Assembly (NCBI GenBank): GCA_028716225.1
Contig: JAQUQE010000002.1
Location: forward strand, 140,613 to 204,612
Direction: 5' to 3'
DNA: 64,000 bases
From: Dehalococcoidales bacterium
GTDB lineage: Bacteria; Chloroflexota; Dehalococcoidia; Dehalococcoidales; UBA5760
The translations under genes were made by a program, and so were the position numbers. The notes under the pieces are model-generated. The model worked only from the letters and a program-made list of their open reading frames with translations. It made no database searches and was not told the origin of the DNA. How positions within the stretch are numbered: position 1 is the first letter of the stretch; each line of letters begins with the position of its first letter. This document shows positions 30,586 to 38,372 of the stretch, piece after piece.

Positions 30586-32265
30586 CTATTGCATTCCCGC
30601 CTTTTGCAGGAACTGACCTATGGCGGACCTTTCCGCCTCATTGAGCAGTCCCTTCTTGTAGGCAATCGAATCAAAAAAGAACTGGATATGATCGGGCACC
30701 TGCCACAAGTGTGTATCTGCGTACCGATACCCGTAGCGGCTGGAGCTGGCCAGCTTTTCTCCGGAGACCTTTTCATTACTGTATCCAACACGAGAGACCA
30801 GCTCCGGAGTAAAACCATTCTTACGTGAGATAGTACTGAGGGTATCGTGGACGCCTGTGCCATGCTGAGCGGCATTTTTTGTTCTGTAGGCAACCTCCTC
30901 AGGAACTCCCAATCTTACTGCCGCTTCCCGGTGGGTATGCTTACCGATTCTATCGTCGGCCGATTTTACTTTCAGACGCGGAGAGACATTCGCCGCCAAC
31001 CCGACTATCTTGGCATCGCAATAGGGGAATAGTTGCTCCGACCTATGGGCTAAAGCAATCTTGTTCTCCCTATCGAACGTCTCAATGTCACCTCTCTGCC
31101 AATCATCCTGCATTCTTTTTCGCAAGCCTTCATGACCCTCCGCCGCAATGATATTGGGATACCACGTGTAGCCACCCCATAACTCATCCGGACCCTGACC
31201 GGAGAAAACCTGATATGTTTCATCCTGGCTGGCAACCTTCAGCGCAGCATAGATTCCGATGCCGGCTTCTATTTGAACCATATCCCTCTCTTCAACCGCC
31301 AGGGCTACCTGCGGGATGCAAGACTCAATAATATCCTGACTCATACTAAAAACTCTATGTCTGAGGCCGAGTTCCCGGGCAAACTGCCTGGCATATTCAA
31401 TATCACTGGTACCATCAACACCCGCCGTATAGGCTGTTACCTCTATTTCCCTCTCAACCGCCATGTCCTTAACCAGCTTGGCCATCAAGCAGCTGTCTAC
31501 CCCACCCGACATGAGTACCCCCACCTTCTTCAATCCTCGAATCCTCTTGCTCACAGCCTCTCTAACAAAATCGCAATAGTAGTCGACGGAGGTTGCCATA
31601 TCTTCTATCTGGTTTTCACCACCCCATACTGGTGTGGAGCACACATCTTCAAGGATAACACCTTTCTTACTAAAGCAGGCTAGAGTCCCTGCCCGCAGCG
31701 GCTTCACGTTGCGAAGCCCGATATCCCAGAGAAGCTTCTTTAACGAGGCAAATGCTATCAACCGGCTGTTTTGAGCATAGAAGGCCGGCCGAAGACCGCT
31801 CATGTCACGCAGAACCACGGTCTGCCTGCCGTCACTTGCCGCCAGCAGGTAAGCCCCATCCAGAAACGGCGCTATCTGTTTCACAGTGGTCTTTAGGTCA
31901 CCATGATAATTATCCGCCAGGAGACGTGCGACAATCTCAGAAGCATTTTTCAAATGAGATTTACGCCCCGTTTTCAGAGACCTCTTCAACTCCTGAATAT
32001 TATAAAGATTCCCTTCACATAGCACCGCCAGCCCATGGCCTCGATCAAAAGCCGGGGCCTCGGGAAATCCTTCCGTGGCAAAAGATGCCTGACCCAGTGC
32101 CTGATCGCAAACGCGCTTGAGAGTAGCGTTACCGGTTGCCGGTGCTCCGTTACTGACAAGCCAGGAGCTATCGGAATTACTGTGGTCAATATTTCGCATC
32201 ATGCGATTGGCCGTAGTACTAACCTCATCTCCATTTCGACTGACAACACCAAATATCAATCCCAT
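30586..32265 (-). CDS. Asparagine synthase (AsnB) family adenylating enzyme with a degenerate amidotransferase domain
   Basis: PP-loop VGVLMSGGVDSCLMA and AsnB-type synthetase domain. The N-terminus reads MGLIFGVV where Ntn class II amidotransferases have MCGI, so there is no nucleophile Cys. An extra C-terminal ~120 aa is present. Start taken at ATG 32265. Confidence 0.75.
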   Translation of the reverse strand: MGLIFGVVSRNGDEVSTTANRMMRNIDHSNSDSSWLVSNGAPATGNATLKRVCDQALGQASFATEGFPEAPAFDRGHGLAVLCEGNLYNIQELKRSLKTGRKSHLKNASEIVARLLADNYHGDLKTTVKQIAPFLDGAYLLAASDGRQTVVLRDMSGLRPAFYAQNSRLIAFASLKKLLWDIGLRNVKPLRAGTLACFSKKGVILEDVCSTPVWGGENQIEDMATSVDYYCDFVREAVSKRIRGLKKVGVLMSGGVDSCLMAKLVKDMAVEREIEVTAYTAGVDGTSDIEYARQFARELGLRHRVFSMSQDIIESCIPQVALAVEERDMVQIEAGIGIYAALKVASQDETYQVFSGQGPDELWGGYTWYPNIIAAEGHEGLRKRMQDDWQRGDIETFDRENKIALAHRSEQLFPYCDAKIVGLAANVSPRLKVKSADDRIGKHTHREAAVRLGVPEEVAYRTKNAAQHGTGVHDTLSTISRKNGFTPELVSRVGYSNEKVSGEKLASSSRYGYRYADTHLWQVPDHIQFFFDSIAYKKGLLNEAERSAIGQFLQKAGMQ

Positions 32266-32478
32266 AAAATAAACCCCCTGCTGCAAAATAACTGATCTCT
32301 AATGGGAAAAATGAAACACGGAAAACAACGCAGATTAAGAAAAAATGAACGACGGTAAGTAGTTGTGTTTATTTTTGATCCGAAAGGCTAAGGAGAACCC
32401 CTCAGGGCAAGCCCCGGCAGATAAGTCTTGCAGAAACCATAACAAGTTTATGTTAACACGTGGTCATCGGAGAGTCAA

Positions 32479-32512
32479 GGGGCGCCTGATTCTAAAACCA
32501 GACGCCCCTTTT
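32479..32512 (+). terminator. Plus-strand intrinsic-terminator-like hairpin (copy A of a repeated motif), no annotated upstream gene
   Basis: GGGGCGCCTG (32479-32488) / CAGACGCCCC (32499-32508), a 10-bp stem with one C.A mismatch, followed by TTTT at 32509-32512. Confidence 0.5.
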
Positions 32513-32579
32513 ACAGCCTTTCAATGCCTTTTAGCCCTAATTCATATGGTGTCTAATTCCATCCTAGTCTCTATAGCGA

Positions 32580-33767
32580 TTAACCTCTGATACCTTTTGC
32601 GACTTTGCTGCCAAGCTCCCGGCATAGAGAAAGATCATCCTGCTTCGGCTGCCATTTGGCTTTGACCCCTTCCGCAGCTAATGGAATCTTACAGAGTTTC
32701 AGGTGATCCTCAATGATTGCCACACCTTCTCCACTCCACCCGTATGAACCGAAGGCAGCCCCGACCTTATTCTGGAATTTCATACCCCTCAGGTCCTCAA
32801 GTATCGGCCTTATTGTCGGCAGTACCCCCTGATTCAAAGTAGGTGATCCGACTATAACGGCCCCGGCTTTAAATATCTCCGTTAAAACATCATTCCGGTC
32901 CGATAAGCCGACATGAAACAGTTTGTACTGCAAACCTTCGGCAGCAATACCTTCACCGATCGCTTCGGCCATTTGTCTCGTTCCTTCCCACATGGTGTCA
33001 TAAATAATAACAGCACTCTGTTCAGGCTTTTGTGCAGCCCATTCCTGGTACTTGGTTATGATTTGCAGCGGATCCTTACGCCAGATAATACCATGGCTGG
33101 GTGCTATCATATCGACCGGTAAGTTGAGCGCCAGCACTTCATCAATTTTCTTTGCCACCATGGCACTAAACGGAGTGAGTATATTGGCATAGTATTTTAA
33201 CGCTTCCTCGTAAAGCTCAGTCTGATCTACCTGGTCGTTAAAAGGAAATGCCGCGGCGTAGTGTTGCCCAAAAGCGTCGTTCGGCATCAAGATATTGGCC
33301 CCGGCCAGGTAAGTAAACATGCTATCGGGCCAGTGAAGCATAGGAGCTTCAACAAAGACAAGCTCATTCTTGCCGATATTGACCCTGTCCCCTGTCTTCA
33401 CTGTTTTAAAGTTCCACTGCTGATGATAATGCCCTTCAATGCTCTCCTTGCCTCGCGGTGACACAATTAGTGTAGCGTTCGGCGTATGCCTCATCACTCC
33501 AGGCAGGCTACCGGAGTGGTCGGACTCGGCATGGTTGGCTACGACGATATCAATCTTAGACGGATCGACCAGCTCTGCGATGTTCTTAATCAGCTGGTTC
33601 TGAAAAGGACCCCAGACCGTATCAACCAGAACCGTCTTTTCATCAACGATCAAATACGAGTTATATGAGGAGCCACGGTGAGTGGACAGTTCATGACCGT
33701 GGAAGTGCCTCAACGCCCAGTCGACCACACCAACCCAGTAGACACCTTCTTTCAATTTGACCACCAT
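32580..33767 (-). CDS. fprA: Flavodiiron protein (FprA / A-type flavoprotein; O2/NO reductase)
   Basis: Metallo-beta-lactamase-like diiron domain (NHAESDHSG) plus a C-terminal flavodoxin domain (VIIYDTMWEGTRQMAE). 395 aa. Confidence 0.9.
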   Translation of the reverse strand: MVVKLKEGVYWVGVVDWALRHFHGHELSTHRGSSYNSYLIVDEKTVLVDTVWGPFQNQLIKNIAELVDPSKIDIVVANHAESDHSGSLPGVMRHTPNATLIVSPRGKESIEGHYHQQWNFKTVKTGDRVNIGKNELVFVEAPMLHWPDSMFTYLAGANILMPNDAFGQHYAAAFPFNDQVDQTELYEEALKYYANILTPFSAMVAKKIDEVLALNLPVDMIAPSHGIIWRKDPLQIITKYQEWAAQKPEQSAVIIYDTMWEGTRQMAEAIGEGIAAEGLQYKLFHVGLSDRNDVLTEIFKAGAVIVGSPTLNQGVLPTIRPILEDLRGMKFQNKVGAAFGSYGWSGEGVAIIEDHLKLCKIPLAAEGVKAKWQPKQDDLSLCRELGSKVAKGIRG

Positions 33768-33802
33768 CTTGTAGACCTCCTAACATGAATACTGAATAAT
33801 AA

Positions 33803-33964
33803 TCAGTCGATCTTCTTAAACGAGCTTTTACCCACTTTACAGACAGGACACTTCCAATCATCCGGTATTTCCTCAAATGGCGTACCGGCAGCTATGCCGC
33901 CATCCGGATCGCCGATAGCCGGATCATAAACCCATCCGCAAAATAAGCACTTGTACTTAGCCAT
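33803..33964 (-). CDS. Rubredoxin (53 aa, below the ORF-track size cut-off)
   Basis: Hand translation: [53 protein letters not shown]. Two CxxC pairs and the canonical rubredoxin core. GGAGGA lies 10 nt upstream of the ATG. Confidence 0.9.
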   Translation of the reverse strand: MAKYKCLFCGWVYDPAIGDPDGGIAAGTPFEEIPDDWKCPVCKVGKSSFKKID

Positions 33965-34054
33965 CTTTTTTGATTCCTCCTTTTTCTCTGCTACATAGCC
34001 ATGGTTTATTTCGAGTAAGGGAAACCGCCCGGCCTATCATACAGGCCAGACAGC

Positions 34055-34744
34055 TCAATCAACCTTTTCGAATTCACTCTTCGCTGCCCCGCAGACAGGG
34101 CACTTCCAATCGTCAGGTATCTGTTCAAACGGCGTACCGGCAGCTATACCGCCATCCGGATCACCGACAGCCGGATCATATATCCATCCGCAAACCGAAC
34201 ACCTATACTTGGTCATTTTCTTGGATTCCTCCTCTTTTTTCTCTTCTACATAGCTGGGGGCTGTTTTCGGCGTTGTCCCCCGCTTGACCTGATGATAGTA
34301 TTCATACGTCATGCAGGGCTTATCATTCAATACCTCTCCGTCCACTACTTCTCCGATAAAAATAGTGTGGGTACCGACATCCATTTCTCCGGTTACTTTA
34401 GCTTCCAGATACGAGACGGTGTTATCCAAAATCAGCGGTGATCCGGTTTGACCTGATTTATAATTTATGCCCGACAGTTTATTGACTTCCCTGCCTGATT
34501 TGAAGCCGAACTGCCCTATGAAGGACAGAGGAGTATCTTGACCGAGTACCGATACGGCAAATGCGCCGCTTGCTTTGATATATTCCCAGGTTAGATTTGT
34601 CTTATTGATGCTTATGGCAATCGTGGGGGGTTCAGAAGTTATCTGAAAGACGCTGTTAGCGATCTGACCGTTAAGCTTCTCGCCCTTTCGGGATGTCACT
34701 ACATACAAGCCATAACTTAGTTTGTGAAGAGCCTTTGGATTCAC
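34055..34744 (-). CDS. Flavin reductase-like domain fused to C-terminal rubredoxin (high-molecular-weight rubredoxin, Hrb-type)
   Basis: N-terminal FMN-binding split-barrel flavin reductase domain ([10 protein letters not shown]..), an EK-rich linker, then [23 protein letters not shown]. This architecture matches the Hrb partner of FprA described in Moorella. Confidence 0.88.
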   Translation of the reverse strand: MNPKALHKLSYGLYVVTSRKGEKLNGQIANSVFQITSEPPTIAISINKTNLTWEYIKASGAFAVSVLGQDTPLSFIGQFGFKSGREVNKLSGINYKSGQTGSPLILDNTVSYLEAKVTGEMDVGTHTIFIGEVVDGEVLNDKPCMTYEYYHQVKRGTTPKTAPSYVEEKKEEESKKMTKYRCSVCGWIYDPAVGDPDGGIAAGTPFEQIPDDWKCPVCGAAKSEFEKVD

Positions 34745-34826
34745 TGTTCACCTCCTGATACTTTCTTATTATTTTGCACTATCCGTAGTCTAACACTCGA
34801 AACTACACTAAGCCGACCAATCACCT

Positions 34827-35219
34827 TTAACCAGTGACATTTTCAAGTCCCTGGCAATCCAGACAGAGGCCGGTAAACTCCAGATAGTGGTTAGTTACTT
34901 TAAGTCCTGTCCTGCTGGTGATCCTCTCCTCAATCGTGTCATCGACAGGATCATCAATATCCAGAATTCGCCCGCATTGATTACAGCGGAAATGGTAGTG
35001 GTTATTCGTATTACCGTCAAAATGCGCTGTGCCGTTAGACACAAGCATCTCAGATACCTCACCGGTCTCTTTCAGTAATCTTAGATTGCGGTACACCGTA
35101 GCTAAACCTATGTTGGGGATCTCCCGCTTAACCTGCTCGTGTATCCATTCTGCAGTAGGATGTGACGAAGTATTTACCAGTACTCTAAGGATAGCTTCTC
35201 TCTGTATTGATCTCTTCAT
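34827..35219 (-). CDS. Fur family transcriptional regulator (PerR-like by context)
   Basis: Fur-family wHTH (..GLATVYRNLRLL..), HHYHF, and CxxC..CxxC structural zinc site. First gene of the perR-hrb-rd-fprA string. Confidence 0.85.
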   Translation of the reverse strand: MKRSIQREAILRVLVNTSSHPTAEWIHEQVKREIPNIGLATVYRNLRLLKETGEVSEMLVSNGTAHFDGNTNNHYHFRCNQCGRILDIDDPVDDTIEERITSRTGLKVTNHYLEFTGLCLDCQGLENVTG

Positions 35220-35225
35220 ATTAAA

Positions 35226-35250
35226 TATAATAATGATTATCGTTATTATA
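35226..35250. promoter_or_regulatory. AT-rich inverted repeat immediately upstream of the Fur-family gene (candidate Fur/PerR-type operator)
   Basis: TATAATAA (35226-35233), 9-nt spacer TGATTATCG, TTATTATA (35243-35250): perfect 8-bp arms. Contains TAATGATTATC, reminiscent of Fur-box half sites. Confidence 0.4.
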
Positions 35251-35612
35251 ATATCAAAAGTAAAAATTTATGTCAATATTATAATAACCCCAAAGATATG
35301 GAAGATATGCTTTATTTAAGAGTAATACCTTGAGCGCCCGAATATCGAATGCCTGGTCAGTATCTGATCCTTGAGACGGCGATTTTAGTCCTCCATTTGC
35401 ATTAGGTGACATCGCTTATGCCATAATCGTGGTAGAGATCAACGACCTGGGCACCGACTTCACCTCCCCAGTGTACTTCTTTACTTCCACTAGTCCTCCT
35501 GAGTTTATTCATTATGCCGGAAGACTCTAACACATGTATAGATGTTTTTGAGTGGAAGGTCAAAAGAATTATAACTCTACCTAAATTAGGGATAATGAGA
35601 TAGAATAAAAAC

Positions 35613-36743
35613 ATGCAATATGAAACAGCATACTCAATCTCACCAGAAGAATTTACACGTCTTTTTGAAGACGGTTATTTAGTTCTAGGACCTCCTAGAC
35701 CAGTGCAGCAGATTACTAACATAACAAGAGGAGTTTTTTGTATTCAAACCAGCAGTGACATTATTAACTCGACCAAGAACACAACTAAAATGCTCATCCT
35801 ACTAAGACATCTCAAAAAGGATAAACAGATTGAGCTCCTTACTGATAATATAACCTTAATAAAAATGGCAATTAACCGCTATCAGTATCAGAATAAACCG
35901 ATAGGAACCCTAATTAGAGCACATTGCATGGCACTTCATCCGACCCAGCAAATCCATCTACAGAAAACCGTCAGCAGTATTAGCACATATTCAGGATGGC
36001 AGATTCAACAAGGAGACACAAAAAATACCCTTCTAATTATTAGCCGAATCCAGTCTATTGAAAAACAAGATATAGAACAGGAAATCAGTAGAATAAGACA
36101 GTTTATGGATGCTCTCTGCTTGATTTATAAAGTTGGCTTCTTTTTATATCACGTTTCTCATGCACCAATATGTCAATTATCCCCCACGGTTTCCTTTGGT
36201 CAAGCAGAAAGAATGTTAGAACCTATCAAAAAAGAGGATATTATCAGAATAGCGGCTCAGATCCAATTATCGAGGGAAATAGCAACAACCATTCGTGGCT
36301 TAAACCAAGCTTATGTTGATAATTACTATGCTAGCCGCCTTGACCGACTCTGGGCAACTGTTGAAGAACTCTTTTCTGGCTCCGCCAATCATTTATTAAA
36401 ATCGGACGAAATAGCAGCAATTTTAAAATCTATCGAAAGTACAGAACTCGTAAATGACAATAAACGTCTGGGAAAATTTGCTGACTTATTAAAGAATCCA
36501 AACCATTTTCCTGCTAAAGGCCGTAATGAACGAATTTCCGACACCATTTCAAAATTATTAAAAAGAAACCGTGAAGAAACATACGATGAGATACGGAAAT
36601 GTTCTGAAATACGCGGAAAATATGGTCATAACATTCCACAGTATTGGCAGCCAATTGATGAAGCAGAAAAATACTTAAGGAATGTACTCACTGATTATCT
36701 GGATTTATTAACATCTAAAAGGGAGAATGACAACAATATTTAA
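35613..36743 (+). CDS. Hypothetical protein in an AT-rich island; C-terminal Rx4H HEPN-like motif
   Basis: 376-aa ORF, AT-rich, with lysine/asparagine/isoleucine-rich composition unlike its neighbours. The C-terminal helical region contains EIRGKYGHN (R at 36612, H at 36627-36629) followed by an amphipathic helix (EAEKYLRNVLTDYLDLL). I recognise no other family signature. Confidence 0.55.
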   Translation: MQYETAYSISPEEFTRLFEDGYLVLGPPRPVQQITNITRGVFCIQTSSDIINSTKNTTKMLILLRHLKKDKQIELLTDNITLIKMAINRYQYQNKPIGTLIRAHCMALHPTQQIHLQKTVSSISTYSGWQIQQGDTKNTLLIISRIQSIEKQDIEQEISRIRQFMDALCLIYKVGFFLYHVSHAPICQLSPTVSFGQAERMLEPIKKEDIIRIAAQIQLSREIATTIRGLNQAYVDNYYASRLDRLWATVEELFSGSANHLLKSDEIAAILKSIESTELVNDNKRLGKFADLLKNPNHFPAKGRNERISDTISKLLKRNREETYDEIRKCSEIRGKYGHNIPQYWQPIDEAEKYLRNVLTDYLDLLTSKRENDNNI

Positions 36744-36841
36744 ATTCAGCATAGACATTACTTTCTAACATTAATTAAGTTTCTTAGAGACTAATTATGA
36801 TTTCCGAACTGACTAACCCTTTTCGGCAATACTCAACAAGA

Positions 36842-36877
36842 AGGCGCCTGATCCTGGAACCAGACGCCTCATTTTTT
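36842..36877 (+). terminator. Intrinsic terminator of the island ORF (copy B of the repeated hairpin motif)
   Basis: AGGCGCCTG (36842-36850) / CAGACGCCT (36861-36869) with the same internal C.A mismatch as copy A, then TTTTTT at 36872-36877. Confidence 0.6.
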
Positions 36878-36900
36878 CGTAATTTAGCTTCAAAACTTTA

Positions 36901-38037
36901 TTACCATTGCACGAACATCGGCATTACGACGTGGATATAGTTGTCCACACCCACCGGACGTATCACGCCGGGGCTGGACGGATTGGTAACCTCAAGAGCC
37001 ACCTGCTCTTCACGGAGCACACCGAGCACATCGGATAAGTATTTACCGTTAAAGGCAACCTTCGCCTCTCCACCCTCAACAATAGCATCGATTTCGCCGA
37101 CATCGTCACCCACTTCCTCCGAGCGGGCGGTAATGGTCATCTTGCCCGTGGTCAGATCACCACTGCCGGGGATAATCAGCAGACGGACAATACCGCTGCC
37201 ATCGCGGGCGAAGATAGAGGCTGTCTTAGTCGCCCTCAAGAAGGATGCTACGTCAACCACCGACCGGGTGCTGTAGCTCTGGGGAATGAGCTGAGCATAA
37301 TTGGGGAAAGTTCCCTGGACCATCTGGGATACCAGCTCGATGTTCTTCAGACGGAACAGCGCCTGGCTCTTATTGGGGTCCACTATTATCTCAACAGGCT
37401 CCTCCTGGTCAGCCATAAGCCGGTTCAGTTCAGCGAGGGTCCGTGCCGGAATAATAACCTTGGCCTTTTTAGCGACCGGGAGGACAAGGGGCAGCTTATG
37501 CACCGCCAACCGGAAGCCATCGGCCGCTGCCAGGGTGAGCAAATCACCGTCAAAATCAGCGTCGACTCCGGTAAGAACCGGACGGGACTCTTCCGTAGCC
37601 GCAGCAAAGACAACCTGGGTAATACCCCGCTGCAAGGCCTCCACTTCAACCTTAGTAGTCACTACCGCCTCCACCTTTGGTATCGGTGGGAAATCCGCCG
37701 CATCGACGCCGCTGATACGAGCCTCAAAGCGGGCACACTTCAACTCCAGTGTCTTGGTACGCGGGGAAAGGCTGATTTCAATCTTCTCATTAGGAAGAGA
37801 GGCAACGAACTCAGTGAGCAGCCGTGCCGGAACAGTAATCTCCCCTTCTTCTTCTATTTTGGCACCGATCCAGCAGGAAGTGGCCATCTCCAGATTGGTC
37901 GCCGTAAGTTTCAGCCGGGACTTATCCGTAGCCAGAAGGACATTACCGGTTATCGGTAGGGTTGTGCGCACCGCTACCGCTCTGCCCACCACATTCAATC
38001 CGCGACTCAGGTTCTCCTGAAGGCAAGTCAACCTCAT
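36901..38037 (-). CDS. dnaN: DNA polymerase III beta sliding clamp
   Basis: MRLTCLQENLSRGLNVVGRAV.. N-terminus and three-domain length (378 aa). Start moved to ATG 38037; the track ORF's 48-aa N-terminal extension runs up to within a few nt of the rubredoxin gene and looks non-coding. Confidence 0.93.
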   Translation of the reverse strand: MRLTCLQENLSRGLNVVGRAVAVRTTLPITGNVLLATDKSRLKLTATNLEMATSCWIGAKIEEEGEITVPARLLTEFVASLPNEKIEISLSPRTKTLELKCARFEARISGVDAADFPPIPKVEAVVTTKVEVEALQRGITQVVFAAATEESRPVLTGVDADFDGDLLTLAAADGFRLAVHKLPLVLPVAKKAKVIIPARTLAELNRLMADQEEPVEIIVDPNKSQALFRLKNIELVSQMVQGTFPNYAQLIPQSYSTRSVVDVASFLRATKTASIFARDGSGIVRLLIIPGSGDLTTGKMTITARSEEVGDDVGEIDAIVEGGEAKVAFNGKYLSDVLGVLREEQVALEVTNPSSPGVIRPVGVDNYIHVVMPMFVQW

Positions 38038-38190
38038 AATACACCCCCCAAACGTATACTCCTGTAGCGAAGTAGTATACACCAATCCGGGATGAGAGAC
38101 AAGTCTTTTGTAATTACCCGGTGACCTCATCCCCGCTGAAGCACCCGTGGAATACGGGTGCCAATACCGAACGGCAGCCAAGCGCTCTTT

Positions 38191-38364
38191 CTAGTTTTTT
38201 ATTTTCTCAAAATCGCTCTTGCCTGCCCCACAGACCGGACAAACCCAATCATCAGGGAGTTCATCAAACGGTGTCCCCGGCGCGATATCACCCTCCGGGT
38301 CACCCAGCTCCGGGTCATAGACGTAACCGCAGACGGTACACTCGTACTTATCCAATTTCGCCAT
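38191..38364 (-). CDS. Rubredoxin
   Basis: [62 protein letters not shown] lies 8 nt upstream, embedded in the end of the preceding gene. Confidence 0.9.
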   Translation of the reverse strand: MAKLDKYECTVCGYVYDPELGDPEGDIAPGTPFDELPDDWVCPVCGAGKSDFEKIKN

Positions 38365-38372
38365 TCTAAGCA

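Noticed and set aside
32363-32590. 75-aa plus-strand ORF in the AsnB-like/fprA gap
   Set aside because: It reads through the terminator-like hairpin at 32479-32512 and into the fprA 3' end, with no RBS and an odd composition. The region is more likely non-coding (see the sRNA finding).
35402-35614. 70-aa minus-strand ORF at the left edge of the AT-rich island
   Set aside because: The N-terminal half is translated from AT-rich promoter-like DNA (FLFYLIIPNLG..). Only the last ~36 codons (MNKLRRTSGSKEVHWGGEVGAQVVDLYHDYGISDVT) look protein-like. That part may be a gene remnant, but I cannot support it as a functional gene.
38141-38161. 8-bp hairpin GCACCCGT-GGAAT-ACGGGTGC between the rubredoxin gene and dnaN
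   Set aside because: It is a real inverted repeat, but no U-tract follows it on either strand. I cannot distinguish a terminator from chance, so it is not reported as a feature.
36901-38181. Full 426-aa version of the dnaN ORF and the antisense ORFs 37301..38020 and 37498..37959
   Set aside because: The 48-aa N-terminal extension has no similarity to clamp N-termini and runs up to within a few nt of the rubredoxin gene. The canonical MRLTCLQENL start at 38037 has a G-rich RBS. The antisense ORFs are shadow frames.
36744-38190. Possible oriC / DnaA-box cluster around dnaN
   Set aside because: I looked for TTATCCACA/TGTGGATAA in the gaps flanking dnaN and in the AT-rich island. The only hit was a one-mismatch TTGTCCACA inside the dnaN coding sequence (about 36941-36949). 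There is no cluster, so no origin call can be supported.
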